The position numbers were made by a program, and so were the translations under genes. From a bacterium (lineage in GTDB: Bacteria; Lernaellota; Lernaellaia; JACKCT01), in NCBI GenBank assembly GCA_963674685.2, contig CAXXWT010000005.1, positions 595,450-659,449 of the forward strand: a DNA stretch of 64,000 bases, in the 5' to 3' direction. Each line of letters starts with the position of its first letter. Positions within the stretch are counted from its first letter, which is position 1. The notes below the pieces were generated by a model. That model did no database searches and had not been told where the DNA came from. It worked only from the letters and a program-made list of their open reading frames with translations. This document shows, piece by piece, positions 9,521 to 18,386 of the stretch.

Positions 9521-11239
9521 ATGGCGCCCGCGGCAAATGCTCTGGAATATGGCGCGATTATAACCGGCCTGGGCGGCGGTTTGGCTCTATTCCTGTACGG
9601 TATGCGAAAGATGGCCGCATCGCTAAAGGTCGCCGCCGGCGGCGCCATGAAAAACATCCTGGCCCGGCTGACGTCCAACCGCTTTTCCGCCGCGCTGGCC
9701 GGCGCCATGGTCACCGCCGTCGTCCAATCCTCTTCGGTCACGACGGTCCTTGTCGTGGGTTTTATCAGCGCCGGGATTTTGGGGCTTTCACAATCCATCG
9801 GCGTGATCATCGGGGCCAACGTCGGCTGCACCGTCTCCGCGCAGATCATCGCTTTTAAAATCACGAAATATTCCCTGTTGCTGGTCGCCGTCGGCTTCAT
9901 TGTGGATATCACCGCAATGAATCGGAAAATCAAGCACTATGGGTCCATGATCATAGGTCTGGGCTTCGTGTTCTTCGGCATGGAACTCATGAGTCAGGCG
10001 ACCTATCCCCTGCGCTCGTATGCGCCGTTTTTGGAAATGCTGCAGTCGCTGAACAATCCGCTGGCGGCGGTTCTGGTCGGAACGGCGTTCACCGCGCTGG
10101 TGCAAAGCTCCGCGGCGACCATCGGCATCGTCATGGTTCTGGCCGCGCAGGGTTTGCTTTCACTGGAAGCCGGCATCGCCCTGGTGTTGGGCGCCAATAT
10201 CGGCACATGCATTACCGCGGTCATCTCCTCCATCGGACGTCCGACTCAGGCGGTCCGCGCCGCGGCGGCGCATGTGATTTTCAACGTGGCGGGTGTGGCC
10301 GGCGTATATTTCCTTATTCCCCAATTCACCGACCTTGTGCGCGAACTGTCGCCGGCGGCAAAAAACCTGACGGGGCTTGCCAAAATCGCCGAGGAAGCCC
10401 CCCGTCAGATCGCCAACGCGAATACCTTTTTCAACGCGGCCAATGCCGCGATTTTCATCTGGTTCACCGGCCCTCTTTCCTTATTTCTCGAGTGGATTTT
10501 CCCGGAAAGAAAAAAGGTCATGGGGCGGCGAATCGAGCCCGAGTTTCTGGACAAGATGTATTTCGATCAACCCGCGCTGGCGCTGGACCACGCCCGCATG
10601 GAGATCCTCAGACTCGGCAAACTCGTTCAGCGAATGTTCGACGATGCGCTTTCCGTCGTCACCAAAGGCGCCGAAGAAGATTTGCGTCGTTTGAGGGCGC
10701 AGGACGACAACGTGGACGCCCTGCACGAAGATATCGTCGCCTACCTGAGCGAGTTGGCTTCGAAAGACCTTATCGACCCGCAGCCGCAAAAGATCCACCA
10801 ATACGTCATGGCGGCGAACTATATTGAAAACATCGGAGACGTCATCGAAACAAGCATGTACAAGGAGGGGCAAAGCCGACTGTATCACCACCTGGTTTTA
10901 GATCAGGCGACCATGTTTTATATCGCGCCGGTTATCGACGAGGCCGGCGTCGCTTTCAAGCTGGCGCAGGAAGCCATTGAATCGCCGGACCCCCACCTCG
11001 AACAAGCCATCGTGAATTCCAAGGCCAGGCTCAGAAGCAATATCGACAATTGTCAGAGCCACATCGTCATGACCTGCGCAACGCGCAAAGACAATCTGGA
11101 CATGTTCAAACTGATCAGCGAAATCCTTACCAGCATGGAAAGAATCCACGCCCTTTCCAGGAGAATCGTCGCCGGCTTGCACGACGACGTCGATGGCGAT
11201 CAGCAATCGGAATTGCCGGAAATTCATGCGTCGCTTTAA
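9521..11239 (+). CDS. Na+/phosphate cotransporter family protein (NptA/YjbB-like) with a C-terminal PhoU-like domain
   Basis: Duplicated Na_Pi_cotrans motifs are present (LFLYGMRKM...QSSSVTTVLVVGF and QSSAATIGIVMVLA). The helical C-terminal domain resembles PhoU repeats. Confidence 0.85.
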   Translation: MAPAANALEYGAIITGLGGGLALFLYGMRKMAASLKVAAGGAMKNILARLTSNRFSAALAGAMVTAVVQSSSVTTVLVVGFISAGILGLSQSIGVIIGANVGCTVSAQIIAFKITKYSLLLVAVGFIVDITAMNRKIKHYGSMIIGLGFVFFGMELMSQATYPLRSYAPFLEMLQSLNNPLAAVLVGTAFTALVQSSAATIGIVMVLAAQGLLSLEAGIALVLGANIGTCITAVISSIGRPTQAVRAAAAHVIFNVAGVAGVYFLIPQFTDLVRELSPAAKNLTGLAKIAEEAPRQIANANTFFNAANAAIFIWFTGPLSLFLEWIFPERKKVMGRRIEPEFLDKMYFDQPALALDHARMEILRLGKLVQRMFDDALSVVTKGAEEDLRRLRAQDDNVDALHEDIVAYLSELASKDLIDPQPQKIHQYVMAANYIENIGDVIETSMYKEGQSRLYHHLVLDQATMFYIAPVIDEAGVAFKLAQEAIESPDPHLEQAIVNSKARLRSNIDNCQSHIVMTCATRKDNLDMFKLISEILTSMERIHALSRRIVAGLHDDVDGDQQSELPEIHASL

Positions 11240-11262
11240 GGCGATGAAAAACCGCAGAAAAT

Positions 11263-11634
11263 GGTTCTTCGAGGATTACCGTACTTCATCATGAAACGAA
11301 GAAGAAAATTATTTTTCGTCCTTGACATTGCCTTTGGGATGGAATTTTTGCTCATAGGTTTTGAAAGGACGTTTTTGATCGACGTCGCGGGCAATCCCTT
11401 CGAGATAAAAGGATTGGAAGACATGTCGACAATTCGGTGATTTATTGGCGGCTTTATCGCGGTCTCCTGACGCCCAAATTGGGAAATGTCCTTTCAAAAC
11501 CTTAAATGACGGGCTTTTCCATCCCAAAGGAAATGTCAAGGATCGACGACCGCCCTTTTGGGCGGCGAAAAATAATTTTCTTCTTCGCAAAGTTGGAGAA
11601 GTGGGCGTTAAAGTACGGTAATCCTCGAAGAACC
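11263..11634. repeat. 372-bp composite imperfect palindrome (MITE-like element or large structured RNA)
   Basis: Four block pairs match as inverted repeats. 11263-11284 pairs with 11613-11634 (22/22). 11298-11318 pairs with 11566-11586 (21/21). 11319-11344 pairs with 11517-11542 (25/26). 11357-11370 pairs with 11488-11501 (14/14). There is also a central hairpin, caatcc...ggattg. Confidence 0.8.
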
Positions 11635-11881
11635 GAAAAAATGCTTTATTCAAATACGGCGGCATCCGGCGGAAATATCAAAAATGATTCATTTCTATAA
11701 ATTTTTCACTGTGGCCAGAAACATCTTTATTTCAAGCAACTTTGATGGTATCAGGATTAGGAATTTCGAGGGATTTGGCGATGACGCCGGATCATTTGAG
11801 AAAAATAATTAATGCTTCAAATAAAAATATCAATATCAGTTTTGCAGGTTTTTAGCATGACACATCGACTGGGGGACTGGT

Positions 11882-13912
11882 ATGGCATCGAAGAATATCG
11901 ACATCTTACTTGTAGAAGACGAACAGAAATTTCGTGAGAACACGCGCAAGCGCCTGGAAAGCAGGGGCTACAAGGTTCACGAGGTCGAGCGCGGCGACGA
12001 CGCCATCAAGCAGGTGCGCCTGTACGATTACGACGTCATTTTGCTCGACCTGAAAATGCCGGGGATGAGCGGCGAGGATACTCTCAAGGAAATCAAGAAA
12101 CACAGTCCGGCAAGTCAGGTCATCATTCTCACCGGCCACGCCTCCTTCCACTCAGCCACGGCGACCGGAAGGCTCGACGCCTATTCATACATTGAAAAAC
12201 CCGTCGAGTTCGAACGCCTCCTCAAGGAAATCGAGGCCGCCAAGCGCCAGAAGGTCAACGTGCTCATACGCGACGACGAGATCGTCGAGAAAAAACCGAA
12301 CCTCTGGACGCGCATGGTGGGCGTCAGCAATTACCGGCCTCTGTTTATTCTTATCGGCTTGTTGATTTTCTTGCTCATCAGCTTTTTGCCCGCACCCAAT
12401 TCCATGGTAAAACTGCTGGGGACGCAAAAAACCGGCGAAATGGGAGACTCCTTAAGCGGCTATGCGGAATATAAAAGCATGTTGAACGGGCAAAACATCG
12501 CCGACTACTACGGGAAATATACGAAATTCCTTAAAGGCTCCGACGGCGGATACCCCGTGGAATTCGCGGTTTTCAAATGCAAAGTCATGGTGGCGGTGCT
12601 GGTTCTCGCCGCTTTCTTCTGGGCGACGGGAGCGATTCCCATCGGATTCACCGCCATTCTCGTCGGCGTCATGATGTACTGGTTCAAGATCATGCCGCCG
12701 GAGATGGTCGCCAAATCCTTTGCGAAGGATTCGGTGCTTTTTATCTTCGGCGTGCTGGCGCTTTCCGTGGGTATCGCCAAAACCGGCCTGGATAAAAGAA
12801 TCGGCGTCCTTTTGCTGGGAATGTCCTCGAACTTGCGGCGCTTTGTTTTTCTCTTCTGTCCCCTGCTGGCCGTCAGCGCATCATTCGTGTCCGAGCACGC
12901 CCTGGTGGCGTTCATCGCGCCGATTATGGTGGCGGTCTATGCCGTGTCCATACGATCGGCGGGAATCAAGGAAGACAAAAACCTCGCTTTGATGCTGATC
13001 TTGATCGTGACCTTCGTCGGAAATCTCGGCGGACCGGGATCGCCCAGCGCCGGGGGACGCAACGCCGTGATGCTGGGCATCCTCAAGGATTACGGCAGCG
13101 CCCCATCGTATCTGGAATGGATGAAATACGGACTTCCCTTCGTGCCCGTCGCGGCGGCGTCCGTCGGTCTTTATTTCTATCTCATGTTCAACAGGAAAAT
13201 TAAAGTCAAGAACCTGAACGTGGCCGAAATCGTGAAAAAGGAATCGGAAAGACTCGGCCCCATGCTCCTGCAGGAATACCTGATGGCGGGCATATTGCTT
13301 CTGGTAATCCTGGGCTGGGTATTTTTGTCGAATACTTACGGAATGGCCGGTCCGGTTCTTTTGGGTCTTGTCCTGATGTCCATGCTGCGCATCACGCGCT
13401 GGAACGATGTCAGCCACATCAACTGGGACGTGGTGGCCCTGTATGCCGCGGCCACGGCCATGGGAAAAGGCCTTGCGGTCACCGGCGCCGGTCTGTGGAT
13501 AGCAAACGGCTTCATTGCGATTCTGCCCGATTCCATGACAAGCGGAACCGGCCTGGCCATGGCCGTCAGCCTGATGACGGGCGTTTTGACCAACTTCATG
13601 AGCGACGGCGCCACGGTCTCCGCCATCGGCCCGATCACAACGCCCATGGCGATCATCTCCGGCACGCATCCCTGGATGATCGGCTTCGCCACCGCGTTCG
13701 CGTCGTCCTTCGCCCACGCCCTGATCATCGGCACGCCCAACAACGCCATCGTGTACGCCGTCGCCAAAGACCCGGATACGGGCAAACAACTCATCAGCCT
13801 GGGAGATTTCGCCAAACACGGCGGCGTCGCCTTTTTGATATCCATGGCCGTGCTTTGGTTCTGGCTGTTCCTTGTTTACTGGCCCTGGATCGGTTTCCCG
13901 GCAGTCGGTTAA
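11882..13912 (+). CDS. response-regulator receiver domain fused to an SLC13/DASS-ArsB/NhaD-superfamily anion permease
   Basis: One uninterrupted 676-aa ORF. Residues 1-~125 form a complete REC domain (E12/D13, D56 in DVILLDLKMPG, ILTGH, IEKP). The rest is a polytopic permease with DASS-like motifs (ATGAIPIGFTAIL, GSPSAGGRNAV, IIGTPNNAIVY). Confidence 0.8.
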   Translation: MASKNIDILLVEDEQKFRENTRKRLESRGYKVHEVERGDDAIKQVRLYDYDVILLDLKMPGMSGEDTLKEIKKHSPASQVIILTGHASFHSATATGRLDAYSYIEKPVEFERLLKEIEAAKRQKVNVLIRDDEIVEKKPNLWTRMVGVSNYRPLFILIGLLIFLLISFLPAPNSMVKLLGTQKTGEMGDSLSGYAEYKSMLNGQNIADYYGKYTKFLKGSDGGYPVEFAVFKCKVMVAVLVLAAFFWATGAIPIGFTAILVGVMMYWFKIMPPEMVAKSFAKDSVLFIFGVLALSVGIAKTGLDKRIGVLLLGMSSNLRRFVFLFCPLLAVSASFVSEHALVAFIAPIMVAVYAVSIRSAGIKEDKNLALMLILIVTFVGNLGGPGSPSAGGRNAVMLGILKDYGSAPSYLEWMKYGLPFVPVAAASVGLYFYLMFNRKIKVKNLNVAEIVKKESERLGPMLLQEYLMAGILLLVILGWVFLSNTYGMAGPVLLGLVLMSMLRITRWNDVSHINWDVVALYAAATAMGKGLAVTGAGLWIANGFIAILPDSMTSGTGLAMAVSLMTGVLTNFMSDGATVSAIGPITTPMAIISGTHPWMIGFATAFASSFAHALIIGTPNNAIVYAVAKDPDTGKQLISLGDFAKHGGVAFLISMAVLWFWLFLVYWPWIGFPAVG

Positions 13913-13938
13913 ACGGATACACACGAAGGGAGTTTGAT

Positions 13939-14424
13939 ATGGATGAAAAAATACGCCTGCTCTTTGTCGACGACGAGGAGAAATTCCTGGAGGCGACGGC
14001 CAAAAGGCTTCGGGTCCGCAACATCGATGTGCAAGCATTCACCCGGGGAGCCGACGCTCTGGAGGCGACGAAAAATCAAAAATTCGACGTGGCTTTGCTC
14101 GATCTGAAAATGCCCGGCATGGACGGCGAGGAGCTTCTGCACAAAATCAAGGAAATGCACCCGCGGATGGAAGTCGTCATCCTCACCGGACACGGCTCCA
14201 TCGATTCGGCCAAGAGGCTGACCCGGGACGGCGCCTACGAATACTTGCAAAAGCCCTGCGAACTGGACGAACTGATTTCCGTTTTGTCCCAGGCATACGC
14301 CAGGCGCATCGTTTCCGCGAAGGAGAGCAAAGCCCGGCGGGTGCAGGAGCTTCTGGACAAGGCCACGGGCTACAGCCCCATCGCCCTGCTGGAAGAACTG
14401 CGTAAGATCGACAAAGAAAGTTGA
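13939..14424 (+). CDS. stand-alone response-regulator receiver protein (no DNA-binding output)
   Basis: MDEKIRLLFVDDEEKF...VALLDLKMPGMDGEE...VVILTGHGS...YEYLQKPCE, with GAAGGGAG upstream. The tracked ORF (13495) was trimmed to this internal ATG because its upstream part overlaps the permease gene. Confidence 0.85.
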   Translation: MDEKIRLLFVDDEEKFLEATAKRLRVRNIDVQAFTRGADALEATKNQKFDVALLDLKMPGMDGEELLHKIKEMHPRMEVVILTGHGSIDSAKRLTRDGAYEYLQKPCELDELISVLSQAYARRIVSAKESKARRVQELLDKATGYSPIALLEELRKIDKES

Positions 14425-14475
14425 GCGAAGAACCGCCGGATTATTCTTGACCGAATTCAAAATGCGGGGATCTTC

Positions 14476-16197
14476 ATGAAAGAGCCGGTCGAAGCCTCAA
14501 AAGCAGTTCCGGAAGACATTTTCAAAGCTTTCAAGCCGCACTCCAAATCCCTCACCGGCCTGCGTAACCGCGTATTGGGACGACTGCTTTTCGTCGCGCT
14601 GATCCCCCTTCTCATTTTGGCCCTCTATCTTCGTTACCAGTTCATCACAACGCTCGAGTCCCGTTCGGAGATTTTTCTGCAAGCCATCGCGAAAGGCCGC
14701 CAGGGCGCGGTGGATCAGATGATCGCCGGAAAAATGGCCGCCCTCAAAAGCCTCGCGAAATTGGTCGATCCCGCGGCTCCGGCGTCGGATAAGGAGATGA
14801 AAGGTTTTCTGGCTCTTTTGCAGGGGATGGACGAGTCGATTCTCGACCTGGGTCTTTTCGATGCGCTGGGAAATCACATTCGTTACGCCGGGCCTTTTCA
14901 GTTTCTCGAAGGGAAAAACTACAAGGATGAAAACTGGTTTATGAGTCTGACGCAGTCCGAGTCGCCATTTTTCATCAGCGACGTTTACCTCGGTTATCGA
15001 AACGATCCTCACTTCATGATCGCCTATCGCATGGAATCCGGCGACGCTCCGTGGTTTTTGCGCATCACCATAAGCCCCGCGAAATTCAACCAACTCGTCA
15101 ACGACGTGCAGGTGATCGAGGGCGTCAGCGCGCTGATCGTCAACCGGGAGGCGGTCTGCCAGTGCGCGCCGGAAAACATCTGCCGGACCATGTCGAAAAC
15201 TCCCGTGTCCCCGCAAATGAACGCCGGCAGCGGCGCCACGCGGATCCACGTCGACAATGACGACTATCTGCTGGCGTGGTCGCGGCTGAAATACGTCAAC
15301 TGGACTCTTATAGTCAGACAAAATCTCGCCGTGGCCAATGCGCCGATCAGGGCCGCCAGCCGCGTGGTGCTGATCATTTTGATCTTCGCGATTTTGTTCA
15401 TCATCATTTCATCCGTTCTGGCCACGCGCAGCCTGATGAACCGTTACGCGCGCGTGGAAAAAGATAGAACGCAGCTCATCGACCAGCTTTTTCAGGCAGG
15501 CAAGCTGTCCACCATGGGCGAGATGGCGGCGGGCGTGGCGCATGAGATCAACAACCCCCTTGCGGTGATCCTCTCGGAACTGGGCGTGATGGAGGACATC
15601 CTCGATCCGACGTTGAGCGAGGAGTTCGACCGGGAGGAATTTTCAAAGCGCATCGAATCGGCGAAACAGGAAATCCGGCGCTGCCGCAACATCACGCACA
15701 AACTCCTGGGCCTGTCTCGGCACAGCGAATCGGTCATCGACAAACACGACGTCAACGAAGTCGTGACTGAAACCGTGGGATTGATCAAAAAGGAACTGAG
15801 CTTCGAAAACATCCAGCTTCTCGTGGATGCCGATCCGGCGATTCCCGTCATCCGCACCGACGGTGAAAAAATCAAACAAGTCGCGCTGAACATGATTCGC
15901 AACGCGAAAGACGCCATCGGAAAAGACGGAAAAATCACCGTCAGCACGCATAACGAGGCGGATTACGTGAGCATCATCATTACCGATACGGGTTCGGGCA
16001 TCAGCGAAAGGAATCTTCAAAAAATATTCATGCCGTTTTTCACCACCAAAGAGGTCGGCAAAGGCACGGGCCTGGGCCTTTCCATCAGCTACGGCATCAT
16101 CACCTCCCTGGGCGGCAAGATCAACGTCACCAGCAAGGTGGGCGAAGGAACGTCTTTCGAAATCATTCTGCCCAAAAAGAACGTCATGACGGACTAG
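14476..16197 (+). CDS. sensor histidine kinase with a Cache-like periplasmic domain
   Basis: Two TM helices flank a ~240-aa extracytoplasmic domain. The H-box is AAGVAHEINNPLAVI and the HATPase_c N/G boxes are present (NMIRNAKDAI, DTGSGI, GKGTGLGLSISY). Confidence 0.85.
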   Translation: MKEPVEASKAVPEDIFKAFKPHSKSLTGLRNRVLGRLLFVALIPLLILALYLRYQFITTLESRSEIFLQAIAKGRQGAVDQMIAGKMAALKSLAKLVDPAAPASDKEMKGFLALLQGMDESILDLGLFDALGNHIRYAGPFQFLEGKNYKDENWFMSLTQSESPFFISDVYLGYRNDPHFMIAYRMESGDAPWFLRITISPAKFNQLVNDVQVIEGVSALIVNREAVCQCAPENICRTMSKTPVSPQMNAGSGATRIHVDNDDYLLAWSRLKYVNWTLIVRQNLAVANAPIRAASRVVLIILIFAILFIIISSVLATRSLMNRYARVEKDRTQLIDQLFQAGKLSTMGEMAAGVAHEINNPLAVILSELGVMEDILDPTLSEEFDREEFSKRIESAKQEIRRCRNITHKLLGLSRHSESVIDKHDVNEVVTETVGLIKKELSFENIQLLVDADPAIPVIRTDGEKIKQVALNMIRNAKDAIGKDGKITVSTHNEADYVSIIITDTGSGISERNLQKIFMPFFTTKEVGKGTGLGLSISYGIITSLGGKINVTSKVGEGTSFEIILPKKNVMTD

Positions 16198-16201
16198 TTT
16201 T

Positions 16202-16236
16202 AATGCGGAATGGCGAATGGCGAATGCGGAATTCGG
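16202..16236. repeat. heptad tandem repeat (AATGCGG/AATGGCG x5) directly after the kinase stop codon
   Basis: The sequence reads aatgcgg aatggcg aatggcg aatgcgg aattcgg, followed by gtctcgg gtctcg. Confidence 0.8.
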
Positions 16237-16334
16237 GTTTCGAATTTCGGGTCTCGGGTCTCGAACCTGTACCTGCAAAAGCGTGTGGCGCAGCGCGGTC
16301 TGACGACCGCAACCAAATGTGCTTGCCAGGCATT

Positions 16335-16392
16335 CCTCCACAGCCTCTGGAAGGCTGTGCCACACGCGATGTCCCGGTTTAAATATTTCAAC
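16335..16392. repeat. dispersed hairpin repeat, copy A (CACAGCC-N7-GGCTGTGCCACAC...AAATATTTCA)
   Basis: Copy A aligns block by block with 49698-49757. The shared blocks are cacagcc, ggctgtgccacac, cgat, cccgg and aaatatttca. Confidence 0.7.
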
Positions 16393-16534
16393 TTGCGTGG
16401 AAGCGTTGCTCGTAAGCCCGAAGGGCGAAAGTTAATAGACAGTATGGACCGACCGGCTCCCTTTCGCAGCATCGTAGGTTAAGCTGCGAAAAGGATTTTC
16501 ATTAGCTCAGAGCTACATACGAAAGGAGCCGATC

Positions 16535-17647
16535 ATGTCCGAGAGTCAATATATCACGAGCGTAGGTATGGATGTCCACAAAAAGAGCATCAACGTTGCC
16601 GTCGTTCTTCCCAATTCGAAAAAAATCGACGCGGAATGGCAGATCGCCAACGAGCCTCGCGCCATCAAAAAGCTCGTAAAGAAGGTTAAGCGCCTGGCGC
16701 CCGGCGAGGCCGTGGCTTGTTATGAAGCCGGTCCCTGCGGTTACGCCTTGAAAAGGAAACTGGACGCTCTGGGTCTTCCGTGCGTGGTGATCGCGCCTTC
16801 CCTGATTCCCGTCAAACCCGGGGAGCGAATCAAGACGGATCGCCGCGACGCTCGGAAGCTGGCCTCCCTTTTCATGGCGGGCCTGCTGACCGAGGTGCAT
16901 CCTCCCGATCCCGCAGAGGAGTCGACGCGGGATCTGACCCGAGCCCGGGAGGACACGAAACAGGATCAGATGCGCGCCCGGCATCGCCTGACCAACATGC
17001 TTCTTCGCCGGGGCATTATCTATACCGAAACCAGGCATTGGACGAAGAAACACTACGTCTGGCTTCGGCAGGTGCGCTTTGAGTCCGATCGGTCGCAACG
17101 GGTTTTCGAACATTATCTGCTGTCTTTGGAGCAGATCGAGGAGCGTCTGGCGGAGTTGGACGCCGCCATCACAGAAGCGGCCCAAAGCGAAGAATACGCC
17201 GAGAAGGCGGGTTGGCTGGGCTGCCTTCGCGGGGTGAGCACGGTGACGGCCATGACGATCCTGGCGGAGCTTCACGATTTTCGGCGTTTTCAAAGCGCGC
17301 CGGAATTGATGTGTTATCTTGGAATGACGCCTTCCGAATATTCGAGCGGCGAAAGCTCGCATCGCGGCGGCATCACCAAGGCGGGCAACGCGCACGTCCG
17401 TCGCCTGCTGATGGTGGCGGCCAAGCATTACCGTCACCGGCCGGCGGTGAGCCTGCATCTGAGAAAGCGTCGGGCGGGTCAGCCGAAGGCGGTGATCGCC
17501 ATCGCGGACCGTGCGGGAGCCCGTTTGCATCGGCGCTATTACAAACTCCGTGAGGGATCGGGAAAACATCCCAACGTGGCGACGGCGGCGGTGGCGCGTG
17601 AACTGGCGGGTTTCATCTGGGCGGTGATGCGTCATGAGGAAATTTAG
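16535..17647 (+). CDS. IS110-family DEDD transposase/recombinase
   Basis: N-terminal RuvC-like motifs are present (VGMDVHKKS, CYEAGPCGY, KTDRRDARKLA). The C-terminal Transposase_20-like region follows (GVSTVTAMTILAELHDFRRF, LMCYLGMTPSEYSSGES, GITKAGNAHVRRLL). AGGAGCC lies upstream. Confidence 0.9.
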   Translation: MSESQYITSVGMDVHKKSINVAVVLPNSKKIDAEWQIANEPRAIKKLVKKVKRLAPGEAVACYEAGPCGYALKRKLDALGLPCVVIAPSLIPVKPGERIKTDRRDARKLASLFMAGLLTEVHPPDPAEESTRDLTRAREDTKQDQMRARHRLTNMLLRRGIIYTETRHWTKKHYVWLRQVRFESDRSQRVFEHYLLSLEQIEERLAELDAAITEAAQSEEYAEKAGWLGCLRGVSTVTAMTILAELHDFRRFQSAPELMCYLGMTPSEYSSGESSHRGGITKAGNAHVRRLLMVAAKHYRHRPAVSLHLRKRRAGQPKAVIAIADRAGARLHRRYYKLREGSGKHPNVATAAVARELAGFIWAVMRHEEI

Positions 17648-18044
17648 ATATTAACTTTTAAGAAGACGGGTGTTTTTTCACGGAACGGAGGTTGAAAGCG
17701 GCGAATGAGAAAGGGTACGACCAGGCCGATGCGCGACCGGGCTATGCGACAGGGCGTTTTGCGCGCCCGGACTCGCGATTGTAGACAGCGTACGGCCACG
17801 ACGGAAAACAGTCATGCGGCCCTGTTTCGGCTTGCCGGAATAACCCGCGGATATCAGAGTGACTCGTCGTCGAAGCATCCCTTCTCGTTCGTCGTTTTGA
17901 GCCTCCGTCGTCAACGGGCTCGTGCATCCCCGCGCGTTACCCACTTATCCACAATCCTGATGAGAGCTTTTAAAGAAGCTAAAAATGGATTATGGATAAG
18001 TGGATAACGCTTAACCTGTGCAGGGCTTGACAGGTCGGTCCATA
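17648..18044 (+). ncRNA. candidate IS-encoded guide RNA region (bridge/seek-RNA-like) in the 3' non-coding arm of the IS
   Basis: About 400 nt between the transposase stop and the right end contain no plausible ORF. Several stems are present, e.g. ccacttatcca (17941-17951) with tggataagtgg (17993-18003), and cgcgaccggg with cccggactcgcg. This is an inference from IS110/IS1111 biology. No covariation model was run. Confidence 0.35.
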
Positions 18045-18350
18045 TCAGCCTGGTGCGTAAGCGCCAGGAAATGCGAATAATAAACATTTATGCGAAGCCC
18101 TCGTTAGAGGGCGACAGGCTTTACGTTGCAAAAAAATCGTGAGGCCACGCAAAGAATTTCAACATTAGTAGTACAGGCGCCCCCGCCTGTGTCAGCCCGC
18201 CATCAGGCGGGCGGCTCATACGATGACCCAAGGCGAAAGCCCTGTGAAAAAGAAAATTATTGTATTATAAAAAATCCATGAAATGTGAGGTCATCATTTT
18301 TCAGGGATGAAGCCCTTCGCTACTGACTTACGCCCGCTTAAGCAGGCTCA

Positions 18351-18385
18351 TTCATCCTTCCTACTTCATCCTTCATCCTTATTAT
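18351..18385. repeat. heptad tandem repeat (TTCATCC-type x5) abutting the stop codon of the Fe-S gene
   Basis: The sequence reads ttcatcc ttcctac ttcatcc ttcatcc ttattat, immediately before the TGA (minus strand) at 18387-18389. Confidence 0.75.
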
Positions 18386-18386
18386 T

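Larger units (their letters stand above)
16443..18044 (+). mobile_element. IS110-family (IS1111-like) insertion sequence
   Basis: The transposase ORF is flanked by imperfect inverted ends. TATGGACCGACC (16443-16454) plus AGGTTAAGC (16476-16484) mirror GCTTAACCT (18009-18017) plus GGTCGGTCCATA (18033-18044). The 5' non-coding part is short (~90 nt) and the 3' non-coding part is long (~400 nt). Confidence 0.6.

Noticed and set aside
11236-11700. Three 62-118-aa ORFs inside the 372-bp palindrome that share YGNPRRT-like peptides.
   Set aside because: Their similarity is a by-product of the inverted repeat. They have no RBS or coding-like composition.
16502-17635. 377-aa ORF on the minus strand covering the whole IS110 transposase gene.
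   Set aside because: It is the mirror frame of a strongly supported transposase. Its composition is Arg-rich and featureless, and no second IS protein is expected for this family.
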